This document shows positions 1 through 9,747 of a stretch of DNA of 64,000 bases, one piece after another. A program made the translations under genes and the position numbers. Every line of letters starts with the position of its first letter. The stretch's first letter is position 1. The stretch comes from Epithemia pelagica. Taxonomy: Eukaryota; Protista; Bacillariophyta. The stretch is from NCBI GenBank assembly GCA_946965045.2, contig OX337239.1, positions 372,001 through 436,000 of the forward strand, read 5' to 3'. The notes under the pieces were generated by a model. The model did no database searches, was not told the origin of the DNA, and worked only from the letters and a program-made list of their open reading frames with translations.

Positions 1-95
1 GGTTGCCATTGCCAGTTGCCATGGACCGATAATACACACAACAGAACAACATGTTGTTGAAGAAGACTGTCATCCTCATTATCTACTACTCTTAT
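1..95 (+). repeat. Diverged duplicate of 2821-2905
   Basis: GGTTGCCAT...GGACCGATA...AAGACT..ATCCTCATT is shared with 2821-2905. Confidence 0.6.
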
Positions 96-805
96 CGACA
101 CGGGAAAAAAGGTGATACGGTTACTCCGTAGTTTTTACGCTAGTAGAGTAAAGAGCTAGTCTAGCTATGACCCTGTTTCGATATATTATTGAGTATTGAG
201 TCGGATTCTCCCGCCTTCCTTGTTCCGAGCGCGCATACCGTATCTGTTCTCACAATTTTCATTCCGCAGACAAAGTGGTCAGGAGATATAGCGGAAAAGG
301 GCTTTTTTTTGTCTTCGTCTCGTCCAAACACACGCTTGGACCGTGGACTCCTCTATTCTGCCGAGAATCGAGGCTCATCGTGTTTCTTCCTAGTGGCCTG
401 CAAGCGATCCAGAGAATTGAATCAAAAGAGAAAAGGTGGACCCACAAAGCCAAGATTGTGTTTTCATTGAAGCTTTGCTTTCATCGTTGACTCTCAGTTG
501 AGTTCACTTTGAGCTGGCGTCGAATTTGAGGAACCCTATTCTTTAATGTCCTTGAAAGAGTGGTTGCCTTGGAATAAGGTAAGCGATTCTAAAGCGCTAT
601 TCCATGTGTTCACACTTGGCTTCTTTCGTGCACACTTACAATGTGCTTGGACTTCCTTACCTCCTTGATTGTGTGTGCAATCGTGCTGGCGTCTCTTTCG
701 AACTTGTTTTTCTTTCGCTCTTTTTTCAAAGCTTCCACACCAAAGAGTTCCGGCTGCCCAAAGTCAACATCTAAAAAACGATTTCATCGGTTCGGAAAAT
801 AAGTC

Positions 806-1924
806 ATGACGTACTCCACCTCCTTGTCTAACAGAAGAAGTCATGGTATCAAGGTTCTGTTGACCTACCGTAACACCATCATGTCTCTCTGGGCTTTGGT
901 AATGACTATTCAGGTTACTGTTTTGGTCCGATATACAAACCATCGACTGTCCCTCAGCGTCACTCCCTGGAACACGGAGGCCCTATCTCCTATATGGGAG
1001 ACAACGATGTTACAACCACCACCATCGAGCGAGGAGAAGAAGAAAAAGCTGGTGGTGTTCAATGCGTTGGGTCGTCGGGAGGCCATTCAATACAGTTGGT
1101 TTCACAAGCGACAGCATTTTGCCGATTGGGATTGCATTGCCTTTTTGTACGTCGATGACACGATTGTGCCGGAAGACGACTTTCACTTGATGCAATTGCA
1201 ACAGCCGACCGAGAACGACTCGACGACTTGTACTGTGATTCGAACTCCCAATGTAGCCTGGGGCGTGTTTTTACAATATCTGGCACCGCCCTTGGTACAA
1301 CAATACGAGTACATTGCTGTCATGCTGGACGATGTATTCTTGCCCACAGCTGGGCCTCATCCTGTGCGCATTCCCAAATTGTTGGAGTCTATTGAAAAAT
1401 ACAACTTGTCGTCGATATCACCGAGCATCGTGGGTGGTACCTGGGATGTGATGAATGGCGAATTGGATCTCCATGCAAACTATCAAGGCCGGTCGACACG
1501 GCATTGTTTGGTTCGTCCTTCCATGATTGAAACTTTTTCTCAAATTTTTACCAAACAGAGTTGGCAATGTTATTATTCCTTTTTCCATGCCAGCGCCGGG
1601 CGTGGATGGGGCTTGGATTTTTGTTTTGCGCAGTATTGTGCGGAGCAATCCGCTGGCTTGGCTGTGGATTACAACATGGTTGGGTATCATTTAGAACTCG
1701 TGACGAAGGACAACAGCAGCAGCTGGTTTAATGAAACCCATCAGGCGTTGCTCACAAGTGGTACGAATTTGACATTTCCGACAATCATGCGACAAACGAA
1801 TATGCAGTTTTATAAAAATGATCGAAGGGGACGTGCCCAAAATCTGTATGTGGCCAGACGATACAAGTGTGCCAAATCCAACAATTCTCTCGTTGGTACA
1901 TGGGAATGTCCCAATGACCACTAG
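806..1924 (+). CDS. DUF707-like putative glycosyltransferase (type II membrane protein), paralog 1
   Basis: 372-aa intronless ORF with an N-terminal TM segment (LWALVMTIQVTVLV). Motifs YEYIAVMLDDV, LESIEKYNLSSISP, ETFSQIFTKQSWQC and GWGLDFC match my recollection of DUF707 motifs (YDYIFxWDED, LEISQP, PVFSRxAWRC, GWGLD). Family call from memory, not from an HMM search. Confidence 0.75.
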   Translation: MTYSTSLSNRRSHGIKVLLTYRNTIMSLWALVMTIQVTVLVRYTNHRLSLSVTPWNTEALSPIWETTMLQPPPSSEEKKKKLVVFNALGRREAIQYSWFHKRQHFADWDCIAFLYVDDTIVPEDDFHLMQLQQPTENDSTTCTVIRTPNVAWGVFLQYLAPPLVQQYEYIAVMLDDVFLPTAGPHPVRIPKLLESIEKYNLSSISPSIVGGTWDVMNGELDLHANYQGRSTRHCLVRPSMIETFSQIFTKQSWQCYYSFFHASAGRGWGLDFCFAQYCAEQSAGLAVDYNMVGYHLELVTKDNSSSWFNETHQALLTSGTNLTFPTIMRQTNMQFYKNDRRGRAQNLYVARRYKCAKSNNSLVGTWECPNDH

Positions 1925-2099
1925 CACGATACGGCTTTTTTGAATGAGGTCGATGAGGATTCTCCTGAAAGATACTGTCCTACCTTGTTATATTCCTGCG
2001 TGTCCGCGGCCCATAGTGGAACTGACGAGCGAAAAACCAGATAGGAGGAAGGCCATCTGCTGCTTTCTTTGATTCTAATGGTTTCGTAGAGATAGCATT

Positions 2100-2400
2100 T
2101 TCATTTTGATTTTGTGAGGGAATCGATCGGTTGTTTGTCTGGGAACGAGCGACAGTGGCCACGAGAGAGGGCATACGTCTTGCATGGGCTGGTTCTTTGA
2201 CCACGACATCCAATGGATATGGGATACTGTCTTCTTCCAACTGTTGCAATTGTGGCTGATTTGTTCGATGTAGTACTGGCAAAAAGAGTGCTGCTCTTTC
2301 TTTGATTCTTGAGTTCTGAGAGAACCGCCTTGGCCCAAGATTTGTACGATTGTTTGGCCGAATACTTTACTTTTCGACAATTTCCCACCCGGAACGTCTA
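2100..2400 (-). repeat. Downstream flank of paralog 1, inverted homolog of ~4800-5060 (downstream flank of paralog 3)
   Basis: Shared blocks CCCATATCCATTGGATGTCGTGGTCAAAGAACCAG, CTCTCAGAA, GAGCAGCA and TACTACAT lie in opposite orientations, matching the inverted orientation of paralogs 1 and 3. Confidence 0.75.
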
Positions 2401-3008
2401 CCAACAATGGGATCATCAAGATACTTTGTCGCCGATACCATGTACTTTTTGGAAAGCATTGCCACAGTGGAGGGATGGGATTGCCAGTTCGAAGGAATCT
2501 AAGTGATACACATTTATATTCTATAGGTTCGGGGAAACCAACAGGCATCATTTATGCAAGACAAAGCATTGTTAAAAGTCCCAGCAAGACCTCCTTCACC
2601 CGCCCAAATATAAATCGAGCGAGCGACACCAAACTGCCATGAACACTTGTGTATCCTACAAACTATACTACTACGGCAAACAGTCGATTCCATATGGGAT
2701 TCAGGTTCTTCTGTTCCTCATAATTGGAATAATGACCTTATGGATAGATAGACACTCTCTATCCGTAGAGAAAGCCTTCCTTTGGCACGCTCAGTCATTC
2801 ATTCTCTTATATGTCCTGATAGGGTTGCCATGGGACCGATACTCACGGCATAACACGATGCTTTTGAAGATTAAGACTATAATCCTCATTCTCCTCTATC
2901 GACCGTGAAAATAAGCCAAACCAAATGGTGATTGAACCATGGAGTTACTTTGCTCGAGCCAAACAAAAACTCTAGTAGAGCGCGCACCCAAAGATCTTGT
3001 TGGGTGCT

Positions 3009-4183
3009 TTACACACGTTTCGAATGTGCCGATATTCGCACACGTTCTGTGGTTGTCATCTCCATGGAGTCGTGCGGACATTCCCAAATGCCCACCAGAG
3101 AATTGTTGGATCTGGCACACTGGTAACGTCTGGCCACATAAAAGTTATAGGCCCGTCCCTTTCGTTGAGCTTGGTAAAATTCCTGGTCCTCCTGTCTGTA
3201 AATTTTGGGAAAGGTCAAATTGGTACCACTTGTGAGCAAGGCGCGATGTGTGTAATTCAACCAACTGGTGCGGCGAGACTTTTCCAAGTGATAGCCGATC
3301 ATGTTGTAGTCCACTGCCAAGCTGGCGGATTGATGGCCACAATATTGGGGACAACAAAAATCCAAACCCCATCCACGGCCAGCTGTGTAATGCAAAAACG
3401 AATAAAAGCATTGCCAACTTTGCTTGGTAAAAATTTGCGAAAAAGTTTCAATAATAGTCGGACGGACCAAACAATGCCGTGTCGAGATGCCTTGATAGTT
3501 TGCATGGCGACCCGCCTCGGCATTCATCACAGACCAGAAACTACCCACGATGCTCGGTGATATCGACGACAAATTGTATTTTTCAATCGACTCCAACAAT
3601 TTGGGAATGCGAACAGGATGAGGTCCAGATACGGGCAAAAATACATCGTCCAGCATGACAGCAATATACTCGTATTGTTGTACCAAGGGTGGTGCCAGAT
3701 ATTGTAAAAACACGCCCCAGGCTACATTGGGAGTTCGAATCACAGTACAAGTCGTCGAGTCGTTGTCGGTGGTCTGTTGCAATTGCATCAAGTGAAAGTC
3801 GTCTTCCGGCACAATCGTTCGTTGACGTACAAAAAGGCAATGCAATCCCAATCCGCAAAATGCTGACGTTTGTGAAACCAACTGTATTGAATCGCTTCGC
3901 GACGGCCCAAGGCATTGAATACCACCAGCTTCTTCTGCTGGTCGCTCGATGGTTGCGGTGGTAGTATCGTTGTGTCCAACACAGGAGAGAGGTGCAGGGT
4001 CTCCGTGTTCCATGGAGTGACGCTGAGGGACAATCTAGTGTCCGTTTATCCGACAAAAACGGTAACCTGAATAAACAGTACCAAAATCACGAGAGACATA
4101 AGAGCGTTCCGACGACTTAACCGAGACTTGATGTCATAGCCACTTGTACTGCTAGACGAGGAAGATGAGGAGGAGCTTGTCAT
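3009..4183 (-). pseudogene. DUF707-like paralog 2, disrupted
   Basis: ATG at 4183. In-frame TAA at 4048-4046 where paralog 1 has Tyr (GTC GGA TAA vs GTC CGA TAT). 1-nt deletion near 3820 (GAA CG ATT vs GAA ACG GTT in paralog 4), which splits the protein over ORF-track entries 3788..4033 and 3009..4013. Confidence 0.85.
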
Positions 4184-4479
4184 GGCTGATTTTCTGTATC
4201 CACTGTAACACTTTTTTGTTTGTGACTCGGCGTTGAATCATGAAAAGGTGTCTCGCTCGTTCTATTTTTCGTTTGTTTTGAAACCATTCCAAGCATGGAG
4301 ATTGAGAAGCCACAACAAAACGAGGTTAAGTGTTCTTAACATAAAGAAGTTGCGAGCAAAAACTCTAGCTCTGGCCCACGTAGCCCTCGTTTACCTTTTT
4401 TCTCTCTTTCCAAGCAACCACAATCAAATCAAGTTCCGAAAACACTGATTTTCAATGAGAATAAGCCGAAACGATGGAA

Positions 4480-4780
4480 GCACACTCTGTACAAAAGATT
4501 TGTTCGTCCTTTTTTCTTTGGCTCAAATGCCAAGGATCACTTAGACTCCGGCTTCCAATCGGACCAGAAGTAAAGAAGGATTACACGGTCCACGAAGCGG
4601 TCAGAGAATCTGCGGATGCGTTGAAAACGACAATTTGTGAGAACGGGAGCAAGGATCGCGCTCTGTGGAGGGAGATAGTCGCCCGCCCCACACAAAGATA
4701 CAACTACCAATAGAGAACGACGGAGTGAGCCAACGGTCACTCAACGGACAGATCAAGATCAAATATAACCGTTTCCCACG
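4480..4780 (+). repeat. Upstream flank of paralog 2, homologous to ~6850-7110 (paralog 3) and 54268-54340
   Basis: Shared GTTCGTCCTwTTTTCTTT, CCAAGGATCrCTTAGACTC and TCAAGAyCAAATATAACCG. Confidence 0.75.
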
Positions 4781-5514
4781 GACTCGATACAATACAATGC
4801 AGCGCGTGGGGACATGTCGTTTTCTTCCATCAACACAAATTGGAAAAGTCGCTCTCAGAAATGCGGTGAACAAGAGAGCAGCAGTGTTGTTTTCCACTCT
4901 ACTACATTGAACGGTTGGAACATGACAGTCTCCCATATCCATTGGATGTCGTGGTCAAAGAACCAGTCCAAGCACCACGTATGCTCTCTCGTGTGTCTAT
5001 CGATCATCCCGATGCAAATGTCGTATGGATAGAAACAAATGAACTACAGCTTTGAGGTACGGGAAGCACCCCGTGCACAGGAATCCAAAATCCAAACGTG
5101 AGTTTCCTTGGTAGGTAGTAAGAAGCCGACACCAGTGTAGTGGATCCGACGAATTAAGATCCAAAGTTGCAATCTCTCTCGGCTTGTCTATCTCTTATTA
5201 TGAATTGCGTGCGTTACACGGCAGGAGCAATCCCTCTCTTTCTCTCGAGCAACTAGGGTCGTTGGTTTTTCCGTTACAGAGTCCATTCTTGTCAATCCAC
5301 CCAGGTCTTTATTTTCCTCTCAGATATTCCTGGACGTGTAAGATTACAAATGCATTACCAGTGATGAGAGTCTAAATGATGAACCGAGTTGATGGACCAA
5401 GTCTGGCAAATTAGAGTAATCCGCACATTGCCTTCCAACGATTCTTCATGTCCCTCCCGAGAAATTCGTTTCGTCATCCAATCATTGTTCATTTTTTCCA
5501 ATAACCGGATCGTA

Positions 5515-6645
5515 TTACTGTTCATGGTCATGAGGACACTCCCAAATGCCAACCAGAGAATCGTTGGTTTGGGCACAATTGTATCGCCTGGCCACATACA
5601 AAATGGTGTCAGGTAACTTTTGTTGAGATTTATAAAACGGCAAGTGCCGGAGTCGCTTGATTTTGGGAAACGTCAAGTTGGTACCACTTGTCACCAGGGC
5701 CCGATGCGTTTCATTAAACCAACTGTTGTTGCCCTTGGAGAAGAATTCCAAATGATATCCAACCATGTTGTAGTCCACAGCCAAGCTGGCGGATTGCTCC
5801 GCACAATACTGCGCAAAACAATAGTCCAAGCCCCATCCACACCCGGCTTTGGCATGGAAAAAGGGATAATAGCATTGCCAACTTTGCTTGGTAAAAATTT
5901 GACTGTAAGTTTCAATCATGGAAGGACGAACCAAACAATGCCGTGTCGACCGGCCTTGATAGTGTGCATGGAGATCCAATTCTCCATTCATCACAGACCA
6001 GGTACCACCTTGAATGCTCGGTGATATCGACGACAAGTTGTATTTTTCAATAGACTCCAACAATTTGGGAATGCGAATAGGATGAGGTCCAGATACGGGC
6101 AAAAATACATCATCCAACATTAGGGCAATGTACTCATACTGTTGTACAAAGGGCGGTGCCAGATATTGCAAAAAGACACCCCAGGCTACATTGGGTGTCC
6201 GAATCACAGTGCAAGCCGTCGAGTCGTTCTCGGTCGGCTGTTGCAATTGCATCAAGTAAAAGTCGTTTTCAGGTACGACCCTGTCATCGACGTACAAAAA
6301 GGCAATACAATCCCAGTCCGCAAAATGATTGCGCTTGTGAAACCAACTGTATTGAATAGCCTCGCGACGACCCAATGCATTGAACACTACCAGTTTCTTC
6401 TTCTGCTCGGTCGATGGTGGTTGAGGTGGTGCTGGTAGCATCGTCGTGTCCCAAACAGGAGACATGGCCTCCGTCTTCCAGGGAGTGTCGGTGAGGGACA
6501 GGCGATGGTTTGTATATCGTACCAAAACGGTAACATGGAGAATCATTACCAAAGCTAAGAGAGGCATTAGGGTGTTACGGTTGGTCAACCGAACCTTGAT
6601 GCCATGACCACTTGTTTTGCTAGACACGGAGGATGAGTATGTCAT
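5515..6645 (-). CDS. DUF707-like putative glycosyltransferase, paralog 3
   Basis: Intact ORF highly similar to paralog 1. Likely start MTYSS at 6645, alternatively MAAAIM at 6660. The ORF-track extension to 6792 has no counterpart in paralog 1. Confidence 0.8.
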   Translation of the reverse strand: MTYSSSVSSKTSGHGIKVRLTNRNTLMPLLALVMILHVTVLVRYTNHRLSLTDTPWKTEAMSPVWDTTMLPAPPQPPSTEQKKKLVVFNALGRREAIQYSWFHKRNHFADWDCIAFLYVDDRVVPENDFYLMQLQQPTENDSTACTVIRTPNVAWGVFLQYLAPPFVQQYEYIALMLDDVFLPVSGPHPIRIPKLLESIEKYNLSSISPSIQGGTWSVMNGELDLHAHYQGRSTRHCLVRPSMIETYSQIFTKQSWQCYYPFFHAKAGCGWGLDYCFAQYCAEQSASLAVDYNMVGYHLEFFSKGNNSWFNETHRALVTSGTNLTFPKIKRLRHLPFYKSQQKLPDTILYVARRYNCAQTNDSLVGIWECPHDHEQ

Positions 6646-7127
6646 GATTGCTGCTGCCATGTCCACTTCAATGCTTTCTTTTTGTTGGCGACTTGGTGTT
6701 GAATCTTGGAAAATGCTCGCTCGCTGGTTCTCTTTCTCTTTAGGTTCCCTTCTTTGGTCTTCAAACCATTCGAGCCCAGGAGATTTGTACAATCAAAGAG
6801 GCTTGGTGCCGATCCCAAAGACGTCCAATGAGAGTATACCTAGAAGCGATGGCAGGACACTGCGTACAAACGATGCGTTCGTCCTATTTTCTTTTGTTCA
6901 CTTCCAAGGATCGCTTAGACTCATGCAATCGAGGGCGTCCGCCGTCCACGGATCGTCTAAAACAACTTGATGGCTCTCGGACTGACTAAAATGTAATGAG
7001 ACTCATAAGTCTCTTCTAAAATTTGTGATCCCATGGGGAATCAAAATCAAAGGCATGCACGACCCAACAAATGTCTTAAATATTCAACCATCAAGACCAA
7101 ATATAACCGCTATGGGCCGTCAGGTCA

Positions 7128-7336
7128 TGTAAGATAGATGATCTAGGTATTACTCCTACTCTAACTAATGTAGAGTACATTAGCACAGATAGTAAGCCTA
7201 GAGGGCTTCTAACATATGACGGTAGGGGGTTAGTACTCCTACAAGAAACATGAGGTTTTGTTCCTCTTGTGTAAATACAACGACCATGTCGTAGAAACGA
7301 AAGACTCTTGTCGCGTTGGCTTCGCATGTTCCAACA
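7128..7336 (-). mobile_element. Possible solo LTR (copia-like)
   Basis: 209-bp segment reading TGTTGGAAC...TTACA on the minus strand, just beyond where homology with the paralog-2 flank ends. No target-site duplication (GGTCA vs TCTAT). Confidence 0.25.
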
Positions 7337-8308
7337 TCTATCGAGAACGTACCAACGACAATTCTAGACGACACTGAGAGATCAAAGACGAATCACCGTC
7401 GAGTCTTGATGGTGTGCCGTCTATTAACTAAATGGATATGATTCCATGGTCTCTTTTCGTTTCATCTGGTCCTAAGTCAAGGAGGTATTGACTTTTCTTC
7501 ACATATCCATGTTGTAAGCAAGAAGTTGCGACCCGATCTCTCTCTCTCTCTCTTCGAGGGTTGGACTCTTCTGAATTCCTATTGCTTGCGGATACAACGA
7601 CCGTATGAGTCGCACAATGATTTTTTCATCAGAGCCAGTTCTACTGCCTTTAGGATCTTGCGAATCTACAGTGCCACGGAATCCATAGTTTCGTGAGCTT
7701 GCGGCGACTGGTAAAGTAGCTGGAAGTGAAATCTTTGAGTGCGGTCGAGTCTCTTCCTTTCCTGTCGGAGTGTCCCAATACGTTTTGTGGCTACTTCTCC
7801 ATGGCCGTATCCAAGTTCCTTTGCACAACGAGCTTAAAAGCTCTTTCCTCCCGTACTTGGATGACTTTGGGGGATTCTCTCCCTTGTCCCAATAGACAAT
7901 TGCGATTGAATGGAACAATGATGCTACCTTTTCTCCATTGGAGATGTTGTACTTTGGTAACTTTCTTTCTCTCTCTTTATCTCTTTTCTTTCGCCGTTCG
8001 TGCGGAGCTTCGTCGAGCTTCCAGGCCGTGTCAAAAATACCCAATAACCAATAGGTTGCTGTGACCAAGCAATTCATCTGCTATGCACCGTAATCCTCTC
8101 AACGACCACCTTCCCCTCGTCCTCCTGAGTTGGGTTCCTCCATCCAATTGATCGTCCCACATGACATTGTTGGCAAGGATGCCCTCGGTGCATTCTCTCC
8201 TTTTCTCATTGGACCGCATCGTTTGTGTGTCATAGCGTGTCGTGGTGAGGCTGCCGAAAAGAGAATTGTTCGAACTCGCACACTTTTCTCTCAGACGACT
8301 GGATCGTA

Positions 8309-9073
8309 CTAGTGATCATGGTCATTGGGACATTCCCAAATGCCAGCGAGAGTTTTGTTGGCATTGGCACACTGGTAACGTCTGGCCACGTAAAGATTTC
8401 CGGCAAACCCCTTTTTTTTAGTTTTGTAAAACTGCAAGTGCTGGTGTCGTTTGATTTTGGGAAACGTCAAATTGGTACCCCTTGTCACCAAGGCCCGATG
8501 TGTGTCATTCAACCAACTGCTGTGAGATCTTCCTTCCAGATGAAAGCCGACCATGTTATAATCCACAGCCAAACTGGCGGCATGCTCCGCACAATACTGC
8601 GCAAAACAAAAATCCAAACCCCATCCACACCCGGCTTTGGCATGAAAAAAGGTAAAGTAGCATTGCCAACTTTGCTTGGTAAAAATTTGACTGTAAGTTT
8701 CAATCATGGTAGGACGAACCAAACAATGCCGTGTCGAGCGGCCTTGAAAGGTTGAATGGCGATCCACTTGGCCATTCATCACAGGCCAGGTACCACCTTG
8801 AATGCTCGGTGATATCGACGACAAGTTGTATCTTTCAATAGACTCCAACAATTTGGGAATGCGAACAGGATGATGTCCGGATGTGGGCAAAAATACATCA
8901 TCCAGCATGACAGCAATATTCTCGTACTGTTGTACCAAGGGCGGTGCCAGATATTGTAAAAACACGGCCCAGGCTACATTGGGAGTTCGAATCACAGTAC
9001 AAGTCGTCGAGTCGTTGTCGGTGGTATGTTGCAATTGCATCAAGTGAAAATCGTTTTCCGGCACAACCGTTTC
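8309..9073 (-). CDS. DUF707-like paralog 4, 3' part only (5' part lost at the N gap)
   Basis: Open frame ETVVPENDFHLMQ...WECPNDHDH*, nearly collinear with paralogs 1 and 3, running into the gap at 9074. Confidence 0.8.
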   Translation of the reverse strand, partial: ETVVPENDFHLMQLQHTTDNDSTTCTVIRTPNVAWAVFLQYLAPPLVQQYENIAVMLDDVFLPTSGHHPVRIPKLLESIERYNLSSISPSIQGGTWPVMNGQVDRHSTFQGRSTRHCLVRPTMIETYSQIFTKQSWQCYFTFFHAKAGCGWGLDFCFAQYCAEHAASLAVDYNMVGFHLEGRSHSSWLNDTHRALVTRGTNLTFPKIKRHQHLQFYKTKKKGFAGNLYVARRYQCANANKTLAGIWECPNDHDH

Positions 9074-9273
9074 NNNNNNNNNNNNNNNNNNNNNNNNNNN
9101 NNNNNNNNNNNNNNNNNNNNNNNNNNNNNNNNNNNNNNNNNNNNNNNNNNNNNNNNNNNNNNNNNNNNNNNNNNNNNNNNNNNNNNNNNNNNNNNNNNNN
9201 NNNNNNNNNNNNNNNNNNNNNNNNNNNNNNNNNNNNNNNNNNNNNNNNNNNNNNNNNNNNNNNNNNNNNNNNN
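9074..9273. other. Assembly gap (200 N)
   Basis: Run of exactly 200 N. Confidence 0.99.
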
Positions 9274-9480
9274 CTAAAAAAAAAAACACGATTTTTTTTT
9301 TTTCAAAATTTTTTTTAAAAAAAAAAAATCAGAGATTTTTTTTTTTTAAAAAAAATTTTGAAAAAAAAAAAATCGTGTTTTTTTTTTTAGACCCCCCCAA
9401 AAATTTTTTTTTCAAAAAAGAAATTGGAGAAAAAAAAAAAAAAGCGGAAATTGGAAATTTCCGAAGGAAATTTGAGTTTA
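9274..9480. other. Low-complexity homopolymer-rich contig end, probably low-quality sequence
   Basis: Alternating poly-A and poly-T runs directly after the gap. Confidence 0.6.
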
Positions 9481-9747
9481 TCCCAAAAACCAAAAATCCG
9501 TACGGCTCCTCCTCCTACGATTATCACGCGGGTAGTGACTATATACCAGTTTTTGAACAGACAACCCAGCTGAAGTTGCTGTTCAAAGGTTTGTATAATC
9601 GTGACATTTGCATGCCAGGCGGATTTAATTTGCTACCGCCCCTGAGCTTTTTCTAAGTTGGCTTGTTTATCTCAAGTAATTAGTTATTAAAATAAACTAA
9701 TTACTTATACGTTGTTTATTTATGTTTATTTTTTTTATATTTTCCAA

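Noticed and set aside
7499-8077. 192-aa minus-strand ORF and overlapping 112-aa plus-strand ORF
   Set aside because: No recognisable domain; they include simple-repeat-derived stretches and are probably non-coding.
189-8760. Many short ORFs around the DUF707-like genes, including antisense 1418-, 2997+, 5620+, 8312+ and the similar pair 2075- / 4814+
   Set aside because: They are antisense shadows or lie in duplicated flanks. The 2075/4814 similarity is DNA-level, with indels, and shows no recognisable transposase motif.
8944-9656. ORFs spanning or adjoining the first N gap (8944+, 9026+, 9375+) and those spanning the second gap (54033-54453)
   Set aside because: Artefacts of N runs and homopolymer-rich sequence.
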